Below are positions 48,717 through 57,018 of a stretch of 64,000 nucleotides of DNA, in pieces. Below the pieces are notes generated by a model, which did not search any database, was not told the DNA's origin, and was given only the letters and a program-made list of their open reading frames with translations. Positions within the stretch are counted from its first letter, which is position 1. Each line of letters opens with the position of its first letter. Origin of the DNA: Candidatus Omnitrophota bacterium (GTDB taxonomy: Bacteria > Omnitrophota > Gorgyraeia > Zapsychrales > JANLHA01); assembly GCA_023247795.1 (NCBI GenBank), contig JAHFFT010000009.1:578-64577 (forward strand), read 5' to 3'. Made by a program: the position numbers and the translations under genes.

Positions 48717-49598
48717 ATGATTCGTGGGTCAATCGTTGCCATCGTCACACCCTTTAAAAATGGAAAGGTCGATGAGCCACAATTTAAAAAACTCATCGAG
48801 CAACAAATCAAAAGCGGCACGCACGGGATCGTTCCCTGTGGTACCACCGGAGAAACCCCAACCTTAACGCAAAAAGAACACGAATTCGTGATCAAACTGG
48901 CGATTGACACTGTTAAAGGACGCTTACCGGTCATTGCCGGGACAGGATCTAACTCGACACAGGAAGCCATTGATTTAACCAAACATGCCGCTCAAGCTGG
49001 TGCTGACGCGGCCTTGGTTGTCAGCCCTTATTACAACCGCCCATCTCAGGAGGGGCTTTATCAACATTTTAAAGCGGTCAGCCAAAGTGTCTCGATTCCC
49101 ATTATTCTCTACAACATTGCCGGTCGGACCGGCGTCAATATCGAAACACCGACGGTGGCTCGTCTGGCCCAGGACTGTAAAAATATCATTGGGGTCAAAG
49201 AGGCATCTGGCTCACTGGCCCAAATGCAAAGTGTTAAAGAAGAATGTCCCAAAGATTTCTTACTATTTTCCGGCGACGACGCCTTAACACTGCCGGTTTT
49301 AGCGATCGGTGGGGTCGGGGTCATTTCGGTCGCGGCCAACATCATCCCACAGGATATCGTGGCCATGATTGACGCTTTTGAAAGTAAAGACTTAGAAAAA
49401 GCCCGTCGCATCCATTTTAAAATGCTGCCACTTTTCAAAGCATTGTTCTTAGAAACAAATCCGGTGCCGCTCAAAATGGCCATGGAGATGTTAGGGATGT
49501 GCTCAAGTGAAATGCGCCTTCCCTTGGTAGCGATGGGAAAAAACAATACCGCAAAATTGAAGATAGCGTTGAAGGATTACGGTTTGCTCAAACAATAA
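48717..49598 (+). CDS. dapA: 4-hydroxy-tetrahydrodipicolinate synthase
   Basis: GTTGE, PYYN, GVKEASG, SGDD. Confidence 0.96.
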   Translation: MIRGSIVAIVTPFKNGKVDEPQFKKLIEQQIKSGTHGIVPCGTTGETPTLTQKEHEFVIKLAIDTVKGRLPVIAGTGSNSTQEAIDLTKHAAQAGADAALVVSPYYNRPSQEGLYQHFKAVSQSVSIPIILYNIAGRTGVNIETPTVARLAQDCKNIIGVKEASGSLAQMQSVKEECPKDFLLFSGDDALTLPVLAIGGVGVISVAANIIPQDIVAMIDAFESKDLEKARRIHFKMLPLFKALFLETNPVPLKMAMEMLGMCSSEMRLPLVAMGKNNTAKLKIALKDYGLLKQ

Positions 49599-49602
49599 GG
49601 AA

Positions 49603-50337
49603 ATGAACATGATCAAACTTGCAGTGAGCGGTTGTCACGGTCGGATGGGAGAACGGATCACCCATTTGGCTTTACAAGACACGGATTTTGAAGTGCGTAC
49701 CCTTTTGGAGCACCACGACCATCCCAAAGCCAAAGATCCGATCGGACACATCAAAATCAGTACCCAGCCCGACATGCTCAAAGGTTGTGACGTCTTAATT
49801 GAATTCACCACACCCGAAGCAACGCTGAAACATCTTGAGGCCTGTCGAAAACATAAAGTCAAAATGGTGATCGGCACAACCGGATTTTCTGTGGAACAAA
49901 CGTCCATCATTAAAAATGCGGCCCAAGATATCGCGATCGTTTTTTCTTCCAACATGTCGATCGGGGTCAACATTGTCTTTAAGCTCGCGGAACAATTGGG
50001 CAAGATGCTTCCCAAAGGGTTTAAGATCAAAATGACCGAGGCCCATCACATTCATAAAAAAGACGCTCCGTCGGGGACTGCAAAAACTTTAGCAGATTAT
50101 CTCAATAAGCACGCTAAAAATAAAATTGCCTACCAAGACATAAGCGCGATTCGTGAAGGCGAAATCATTGGAGACCATAAAATCATCGTCGAGAGCGATG
50201 AAGACACCATCATTCTCGACCATCACGCCAAGAACCGTGACATGTTTGCCAAAGGGGCATTGGTCGCGGCAAAATTTCTTAAAAGCAAAAAAAGCGGACT
50301 CTTTAACATGCAGGATGTGTTGGGAATTACTAATTAA
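49603..50337 (+). CDS. dapB: 4-hydroxy-tetrahydrodipicolinate reductase
   Basis: GRMG, GTTG, EAHHIHKKDAPSGTA. Confidence 0.96.
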   Translation: MNMIKLAVSGCHGRMGERITHLALQDTDFEVRTLLEHHDHPKAKDPIGHIKISTQPDMLKGCDVLIEFTTPEATLKHLEACRKHKVKMVIGTTGFSVEQTSIIKNAAQDIAIVFSSNMSIGVNIVFKLAEQLGKMLPKGFKIKMTEAHHIHKKDAPSGTAKTLADYLNKHAKNKIAYQDISAIREGEIIGDHKIIVESDEDTIILDHHAKNRDMFAKGALVAAKFLKSKKSGLFNMQDVLGITN

Positions 50338-50415
50338 AGTCTCATGTTGCAAGTCGCAAATTTCATGTGTTTTAAAATTTATGCCATGAGACTTGGGACT
50401 TGCAACTTGCCACTT
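50337..50415. repeat. Inverted arrays of degenerate 7-mers
   Basis: AAGTCTC ATGTTGC AAGTCGC ... GAGACTT GGGACTT GCAACTT GCCACTT. Confidence 0.7.
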
Positions 50416-50431
50416 ATTTGAGGAGGATTTC

Positions 50432-51610
50432 ATGAATATGGCTTCATCATTAAAAATCGAAAAGGCTGATCGACTTAAAGAACTCCCACCCTATTTGTTT
50501 GTAGAAATTGACCGTGCCAAACGCCAAGCCAGAGAGGCCGGCCGTAACATCATTGATTTAGGCATCGGAGATCCAGATACGCCAACACTTCCACATATCA
50601 TCGAAGCCATGAAAAAAGCCATTGCCGATCCAGCTAATCATCGTTACGCCTTTGACGCCGGCTTACCAGCGTTTCGTAACGCAGTGTCTGAATGGTTCAA
50701 ACGCCGATTTTCCGTTGAGCTCGACCCTAAAACTGAAATTTACCCTCTGATTGGTTCAAAAGAAGGGCTTGCTCATCTGCCCTTAGGGATCATCAACCCT
50801 AAAGATAAAGTCGCTCTGACCGATCCAGCCTACCCAGCTTATCAGGCTTCAATCATTTTTGCCGGTGGACGGATCATCCATATTCCCTTAAAAGAAAGCC
50901 AGGATTTTCTTCCCGATCTAAAAAAAATCGAAGAATTGAAAGACATCAAAGCCATGTATGTCAATTACCCCAATAATCCAACCGCAGCAACCGCGACCAA
51001 GGAGTTTTACGTTGAGCTCGTTCGTCTGGCGAAAGAAAAGGGGATCATCCTCATTTCTGACATGGCCTATTCGGAAATTTATTTTGACGGACAGAAACCA
51101 ATCAGCATCTTAGAGATCGAAGGGGCCAAAGATGTGGCTATTGAGTTTCATTCCTTATCAAAAACTTACAATATGACCGGTTGGCGGATCGGCTGGGCCT
51201 GCGGAAACCCAGACCTGATCGCGATTTTATCGACGGTAAAAACCAACTTTGACTCTGGGGTTTTTCAGGCCATCCAAGTCGCGGGTATCGCGGCCCTCAA
51301 CACCCCGGATGAAGAAATCAATGATCTGCGCCTCATGTACGAAGAACGCCGCGATTGCCTCATCAATGGGTTGCGTTCCATCGGCTGGAAAATCCCCGCA
51401 CCCAAAGCGGCTTTCTACATCTGGGGAAGGATTCCCAAAGGATTTTCTGATTCCATACAAACGTCAAAAATCTTTTTAGAAAAAGCTGATATTGTTGCGA
51501 CACCTGGTGTGGGTTTTGGAAAAAGCGGGGAAGGGTATATCCGCATGTCAATCACGGTCAGCAAAGACCGCTTAACCGAAGCAGTCAGCCGACTGAGCAA
51601 AATCCTTTAA
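50432..51610 (+). CDS. dapL: LL-diaminopimelate aminotransferase
   Basis: LPPYLF, GIGDPD, GSKEG, NYPNNPT, SLSKTYNMTGWR; lies in the dap cluster. Confidence 0.88.
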   Translation: MNMASSLKIEKADRLKELPPYLFVEIDRAKRQAREAGRNIIDLGIGDPDTPTLPHIIEAMKKAIADPANHRYAFDAGLPAFRNAVSEWFKRRFSVELDPKTEIYPLIGSKEGLAHLPLGIINPKDKVALTDPAYPAYQASIIFAGGRIIHIPLKESQDFLPDLKKIEELKDIKAMYVNYPNNPTAATATKEFYVELVRLAKEKGIILISDMAYSEIYFDGQKPISILEIEGAKDVAIEFHSLSKTYNMTGWRIGWACGNPDLIAILSTVKTNFDSGVFQAIQVAGIAALNTPDEEINDLRLMYEERRDCLINGLRSIGWKIPAPKAAFYIWGRIPKGFSDSIQTSKIFLEKADIVATPGVGFGKSGEGYIRMSITVSKDRLTEAVSRLSKIL

Positions 51611-51615
51611 AGCCA

Positions 51616-52890
51616 ATGCCCATCGTTTACCTTGGCTTAGGTTCAAATCTCGGCAACCGCAAAGCCAATATCAACGCGGCACTAAAAAAATTGGGCGCTG
51701 CCAGGATAACTGTTGAAAAGACAGCTGCCTTCCTGGAAACAGAACCCGTTGGTGGTCCAGCGCAAGACAAATTCATCAACACCGTAGCCAAGGCTTTCAC
51801 CAAACTCTCACCAGAAGAACTCTTAACACAGATCCAAACCATTGAAAAATCCTTAGGCCGAGTGCGAAGCGTTAAAAACGGCCCAAGAACCATTGATATC
51901 GATATTTTACTTTATGACCAGCTGAAAATAAAAAAGGCCAATCTCACGATCCCGCACCCACGTATGCTGGAACGTGAATTTGTGATGACACCTTTAAATG
52001 AAATCGCACCGAACATGATTAAAAAAATGCGAATCATCAAAACAATTCAGAATCTAAGAAAAGAGTTAATAAAATTTCGTCTGCAAAATCAGCGCATTGG
52101 CTTTGTCCCGACGATGGGGTCCCTGCACCAAGGGCACCTTTCCCTGATCCGAAAATCCGTTAAAGAAAATGAAATTACGGTCGTCAGCATTTTCGTCAAC
52201 CCGCTGCAGTTCGGGCCGTCTGAAGATTTTAAAAACTATCCTCGAAACATCAAAAAGGACCAATCTTTGGCAAAACAAGGATGGGCCGATATCATTTTTA
52301 TTCCCAACGAAAAGGAAATGCTCAATTCTAGCCAATTGACCTATGTCGACGTTGAAAAACTCACACAAGGATTATGCGGTGCTTTTCGTCCCGGACATTT
52401 CCGCGGGGTCACAACGATCGTTGCCAAATTGTTAAACATTGTTCAGCCCCATTCCCTATATCTAGGTCAAAAGGACATTCAGCAGGCGGTGGTCATCCAA
52501 AAAATGACCAACGATCTCAATATCCCAGTCAACATAAGAGTTTGTCCCACAGTCCGCGAAAAGGATGGTTTGGCCATGAGTTCACGAAACCAATATTTGT
52601 CGTCCGCGCAAAGACAAGAGGCTGTCATCCTTTATCAATCGCTGCAGTTGGGACAACAATTCATTCAAGCTGGAGAGACCGAAGTGAGTAAAATTCTGCG
52701 TCAGATGCGCGAAAGAATCACAAAGAACAGCCCGGTGAAAATCCAATATCTGGCTTGTGTTGATCCCGTGAATTTAGAACCGCTCAAAATCATCAATGGA
52801 AATGTGCTTTTGGCCGGCGCGGTTTGGATAGGAAACACGCGTCTCATTGACAACATCAACGTTCGCGCGATATCACGGAAAAACAAATGA
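51616..52890 (+). CDS. panC: FolK-PanC fusion (HPPK + pantoate-beta-alanine ligase)
   Basis: LGSNLG, GPRTIDIDIL, IPHPRM, then VPTMGSLHQGH, RPGHF, GQKD, AMSSRN, RLIDN. Confidence 0.93.
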   Translation: MPIVYLGLGSNLGNRKANINAALKKLGAARITVEKTAAFLETEPVGGPAQDKFINTVAKAFTKLSPEELLTQIQTIEKSLGRVRSVKNGPRTIDIDILLYDQLKIKKANLTIPHPRMLEREFVMTPLNEIAPNMIKKMRIIKTIQNLRKELIKFRLQNQRIGFVPTMGSLHQGHLSLIRKSVKENEITVVSIFVNPLQFGPSEDFKNYPRNIKKDQSLAKQGWADIIFIPNEKEMLNSSQLTYVDVEKLTQGLCGAFRPGHFRGVTTIVAKLLNIVQPHSLYLGQKDIQQAVVIQKMTNDLNIPVNIRVCPTVREKDGLAMSSRNQYLSSAQRQEAVILYQSLQLGQQFIQAGETEVSKILRQMRERITKNSPVKIQYLACVDPVNLEPLKIINGNVLLAGAVWIGNTRLIDNINVRAISRKNK

Positions 52891-53711
52891 ATAAACATCA
52901 TCCTCTCAAATTAGGAATTTTGGGTTGCGGCGCCATTGGTTCACGGATCGCGTTGAGTACAAAAAAAGAGCTCAAAGGGTTATGCCAAGTTTCCGGCGTC
53001 CATGACATCCATTTTGAAAAAGCGCGAGATCTCGCGAAAAAACTTAAAATCCCGAAATTGGTCAAAGAGACATTTCCTTCACTGATCATGAGCTCTGATC
53101 TCATCATCGAAGCAACTGGCTCAACAAACACCCGTCGATTGATTGCACTGGTTTTGCAAAGAAAAAAACATGTCCTGTGCATGAGCGTTGGAAAAATCAT
53201 TGATCCTCGACAGCTCATCCGTCTAGCAAAAATGAACAATTGTCGACTCATGATCCCCTCCGGCGCCATCGGCGGAATTGACGCTTTTAAAGCCGCAAGT
53301 CTCGTCGGTGTTGAAGAAATTGTCTTGACCACAAAAAAATCCCCCAACAGCCTCGAGCAAACCGATTATTTAAAAAATAAAAAAATTTTCTTGTCGAGGA
53401 TTAAAAAAGACACTATCATCTTTGAAGGCAACGTCGAAGAGGCAGTAAAATATTTTCCAAAAAACATCAACGTCGCCGCGACGTTGGCATTAGCAACGCA
53501 AGCAAAGGAAAAAATTAAGATTGTGATCATGGCCTGTCCGAACCTCAAAAATAACATTCATGAAATCAAAATGAGCGGTGAACAGGGAAGCATTCTCTGT
53601 CGGAGCGAGAATCGAATTTGCCCAGACAATCCAAAAACAAGTTATCTTGCGGTCCTTTCCGCGATCCAGACGATCAAAGACTTTTGTACCGGCTTCAAAG
53701 TCGGAACATAA
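52887..53711 (+). CDS. nadX: L-aspartate dehydrogenase
   Basis: GCGAIG, PSGAIGGID, FPKNINVAA, NPKTS. Confidence 0.88.
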   Translation: MNKHHPLKLGILGCGAIGSRIALSTKKELKGLCQVSGVHDIHFEKARDLAKKLKIPKLVKETFPSLIMSSDLIIEATGSTNTRRLIALVLQRKKHVLCMSVGKIIDPRQLIRLAKMNNCRLMIPSGAIGGIDAFKAASLVGVEEIVLTTKKSPNSLEQTDYLKNKKIFLSRIKKDTIIFEGNVEEAVKYFPKNINVAATLALATQAKEKIKIVIMACPNLKNNIHEIKMSGEQGSILCRSENRICPDNPKTSYLAVLSAIQTIKDFCTGFKVGT

Positions 53712-53756
53712 TTCAAATCAGGCAATCATTTGCCATTTCAGAAAGGGGGTGAAATC

Positions 53757-54059
53757 ATGGTTAAGAAAGTCGCTAAAGTAGGTATCAAAAAGCAAAAAGG
53801 TTACCTTTACTTCGTTGATAAGAAAGGTGATGTGTCTTGCGCCCAAATGGCCCGAGGGAATAAAAAGGGTGGAAAACCGCAAAAGGTGGCTACGGTTGGC
53901 ATCAAGAAAGAAGCGGGGTTTCTTTATTTCATTGACAAGAACGGTGACATCTCCTGCGCGAAAATGGTGCGCGGCGGTACAAAAAAGAAGGCTACCGCTC
54001 GTCGTGCTACAACAAAGCGCAGTGCTGCACCTAAGAAGAAAGCATCAAAGAGGAAGTAA
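53757..54059 (+). CDS. Small very basic protein with two internal repeats and a K/R/A-rich tail; putative nucleoid-associated protein
   Basis: KVAKVGIKKQKGYLYFVDKKGDVSCAQMARG and KVATVGIKKEAGFLYFIDKNGDISCAKMVRG; GGGGGTG RBS; own terminator. Confidence 0.8.
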   Translation: MVKKVAKVGIKKQKGYLYFVDKKGDVSCAQMARGNKKGGKPQKVATVGIKKEAGFLYFIDKNGDISCAKMVRGGTKKKATARRATTKRSAAPKKKASKRK

Positions 54060-54073
54060 CTTCCGTTTTTTCC

Positions 54074-54115
54074 GAAATAACCCCTGTATGAAAAGTTCTA
54101 TACAGGGGTTATTTC
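54074..54115. terminator. Strong hairpin terminator, possibly bidirectional
   Basis: GAAATAACCCCTGTAT-10 nt-ATACAGGGGTTATTTC, 16-bp stem. Confidence 0.75.
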
Positions 54116-54177
54116 ACTTACCCGTCAACATTTGAACCATATCATCCATTCGAGCCCATCCTCATGGTGAAGAACGC

Positions 54178-56970
54178 ATGACATCGGACCATATCATCAT
54201 CCGTGGCGCCCGGGAACATAACCTTAAGAACATCAATCTTAAAATCCCGCGCAATCAATTTGTTGTCATTACCGGTTTGAGCGGTTCTGGAAAATCATCG
54301 CTGGCCTTTGACACCATTTATGCCGAGGGGCAGCGACGCTATGTTGAAAGCCTGTCAGCCTACGCGCGGCAATTTTTAGAGCAGCTGCAAAAGCCGCAGT
54401 TGGAATCGATCGAAGGTCTTTCTCCAACGATATCGATCGAACAAAAAACAACCAGCCGTAATCCACGTTCGACCGTGGCAACGCAAACCGAAATCTACGA
54501 CTATCTGCGATTGCTCTTTGCCCGCATCGGCATCCCGACCTGCGCGCAATGCGGAAAGAAACTCGAAAAGCAAAGTCCCCAGGAAATCGTCGACGCGCTT
54601 TTCAAACTTCCGGAAGAAACAAAAATCACTTTGCTGGCACCGTTGGTAAGCGGCAAAAAGGGAGAGTACCGTCACATCCAAAACCAAGTGACAAAAGCTG
54701 GGTTCGCACGGCTGCGCGTCAATGGCACCATTTATGATGTCAACGACAAAATCCAATTGGACCGCTATAAAAAGCACCACATTGAAGTGGTCGTTGACCG
54801 CATAGGACTGAAAGCAAGCGCGAAGAAACGATTGACCGACTCGATCGAAACGGCCCTAGAGGTAGGGAAAGGACATCTGATCGTCAATTTTCAAGACCAA
54901 TTTCCAGAACGAAATTTCAGTGAAAAACTCTCCTGCTGCGACGGGACAACCCATTTGAGCGAAATGGAACCGCGGGTCTTTTCTTTCAATTCCCCTTACG
55001 GGGCATGCGCCGGATGCAATGGTTTGGGCACAAAAATGGAAATCGACCCAGAGCGCCTACTTCCTGATCCGACAAAGACCTGGATCCAAGCCGTGGCCCC
55101 TTGGCAGCGAGGACGGCACAACTACATGATGTACTACCGCGCGGTCTTAAGAGAATTGGGCAAACTCCACCGTATCGATCAAGCAACACCATTTAAGAAC
55201 CTATCAAAGCCATTTCAAAAAATCGCCTTTTACGGATCAGATGATGAAATCTGGGGAAAACCTTTTGAAGGGATCATTCCTTATCTGGAACGTTTGTTTA
55301 AAAACACTGACAGCGACTGGCTGAAAGATGAATTGACCCGTTATATGTCGGTGTTGCCTTGTCCGCAGTGCCAAGGCCTTCGGCTAAAAAGAGAAAGCCT
55401 CGCGGTTAAAATTGCCGATTGCAACATCGCCCAAATCGCTGACCTTTCAATCAAAGATGCCAAGGCCTTTTTCAGTCATCTCACGTTAACAAACGAACAG
55501 CAATTGATCAGCCAAGAAATCATTAAAGAAATCCAACGCCGGTTAGATTTCTGCATCAACGTTGGACTCGAATACCTGACTTTAAATCGCAAAAGTGCCA
55601 CCCTTTCCGGCGGAGAGGCAGAACGGATCCGTTTGGCAACCCAAGTCGGATCAGGTCTCGTGGGTGTTATCTACATCCTTGATGAACCGAGCATCGGACT
55701 GCATCAAAGGGACAATGAACGGCTTTTGAATACACTGCATGCTTTACGGGATATGGGTAACACCTTAATTGTCGTTGAACACGACGAGGAAACCATCCGC
55801 AAATCCGACTACATCATTGATTTAGGGCCAGGGGCAGGGGAGCACGGTGGAGAAGTGATTTACGCCGGCAAGACCTCAGGCATTGGGAAATGCAAAGCAT
55901 CGTTGACTGGAAAATATCTGAACAATCAATTCCGAATTCCAGTTCCACAATCCCGACGGAAAGCAAACAAAGGACAATTCCTTGAAATCATCGGCGCCCA
56001 ACAGCACAATCTGAAAAACATCGATGTCAAAATCCCGCTAGGGACCTTGACCTGCATCACTGGCGTTTCCGGTTCCGGCAAGTCAACCTTGATCGATGAT
56101 ATCCTTTACCGCGCCTTGGCACAAAAATTTTACCGATCAACGGAAAAACCAGGAAAATTCAAAAAACTCACTGGTCTTGAATTCATTGACAAAGTCATTG
56201 TCGTTGACCAATCGCCCATTGGACGCACACCTCGGTCCAACCCCGCGACTTATTCCAACGCCTTTGGCCCCATGCGAATGCTCTTCAGCCAACTTCCTGC
56301 GGCAAAAATCCGCGGTTATAAACCCGGCCGTTTCAGTTTCAACGTCAAGGGCGGACGATGTGAGGCCTGCAGCGGAGACGGGATCAAAAAGATCGAGATG
56401 CATTTCTTACCCGACATTTATGTTCCTTGTGAGATCTGCCATGGACGAAGATTCAACGAACAGACCCTCGATATCCGTTATAAAGATAAAAACATTGCCG
56501 ATTGCCTGCAGATGTCGATCGAGGAAGCCCTTGAACACTTTACCAATATCCCGACCATCGAACGCGTTCTTAAAACCATCTTGGACGTTGGTCTTGGTTA
56601 TATCAAACTTGGGCAGCCGGCCACGACCCTTTCCGGCGGAGAGGCGCAGCGGGTCAAACTCGCGAGCGAATTGTGCAAAACCGCAACCGGTCGGACCTTA
56701 TACATTCTTGATGAACCGACGACAGGATTGCATTTTGCCGATGTTGATAAACTGCTCAAAGTCCTGCAGCAACTCGTTGACCGCAACAACACTTGTTTGA
56801 TCATTGAACACAACCTTGATGTCATCAAAAACGCGGACCACATCATCGACCTTGGCCCTGATGGGGGAGACCGGGGAGGGGAGATCATTTTTGCCGGAAC
56901 TCCCGAAGAGATCATCCATCACGATGCCTCGCATACCGGACGTTACTTAAAAAAGGCCTTGATCACTTAA
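54178..56970 (+). CDS. uvrA: Excinuclease ABC subunit A
   Basis: GAREHNLK, two Walker A (GLSGSGKS, GVSGSGKS), LSGGE x2, zinc fingers. Confidence 0.98.
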   Translation: MTSDHIIIRGAREHNLKNINLKIPRNQFVVITGLSGSGKSSLAFDTIYAEGQRRYVESLSAYARQFLEQLQKPQLESIEGLSPTISIEQKTTSRNPRSTVATQTEIYDYLRLLFARIGIPTCAQCGKKLEKQSPQEIVDALFKLPEETKITLLAPLVSGKKGEYRHIQNQVTKAGFARLRVNGTIYDVNDKIQLDRYKKHHIEVVVDRIGLKASAKKRLTDSIETALEVGKGHLIVNFQDQFPERNFSEKLSCCDGTTHLSEMEPRVFSFNSPYGACAGCNGLGTKMEIDPERLLPDPTKTWIQAVAPWQRGRHNYMMYYRAVLRELGKLHRIDQATPFKNLSKPFQKIAFYGSDDEIWGKPFEGIIPYLERLFKNTDSDWLKDELTRYMSVLPCPQCQGLRLKRESLAVKIADCNIAQIADLSIKDAKAFFSHLTLTNEQQLISQEIIKEIQRRLDFCINVGLEYLTLNRKSATLSGGEAERIRLATQVGSGLVGVIYILDEPSIGLHQRDNERLLNTLHALRDMGNTLIVVEHDEETIRKSDYIIDLGPGAGEHGGEVIYAGKTSGIGKCKASLTGKYLNNQFRIPVPQSRRKANKGQFLEIIGAQQHNLKNIDVKIPLGTLTCITGVSGSGKSTLIDDILYRALAQKFYRSTEKPGKFKKLTGLEFIDKVIVVDQSPIGRTPRSNPATYSNAFGPMRMLFSQLPAAKIRGYKPGRFSFNVKGGRCEACSGDGIKKIEMHFLPDIYVPCEICHGRRFNEQTLDIRYKDKNIADCLQMSIEEALEHFTNIPTIERVLKTILDVGLGYIKLGQPATTLSGGEAQRVKLASELCKTATGRTLYILDEPTTGLHFADVDKLLKVLQQLVDRNNTCLIIEHNLDVIKNADHIIDLGPDGGDRGGEIIFAGTPEEIIHHDASHTGRYLKKALIT

Positions 56971-56980
56971 TCAGAAAATT

Positions 56981-57009
56981 TTGCAACTCTCATTGGGAGT
57001 TGCTATAAT
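56981..57009 (+). promoter_or_regulatory. Putative sigma70 promoter of the TPR-exbBD operon
   Basis: TTGCAA-17 bp-TATAAT (TGc extended); contains the inverted repeat GCAACTC..GAGTTGC. Confidence 0.65.
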
Positions 57010-57018
57010 CATCCACTT

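Noticed and set aside
38842-51610. Arg plus Lys biosynthetic supercluster as a novelty
   Set aside because: All enzymes are canonical (ArgJ cycle, DapL pathway); the clustering is ordinary.
56096-56800. 234-aa alternate-frame ORF within uvrA
   Set aside because: uvrA is intact in its own frame; the product has no recognisable motif and I see no slippery site.
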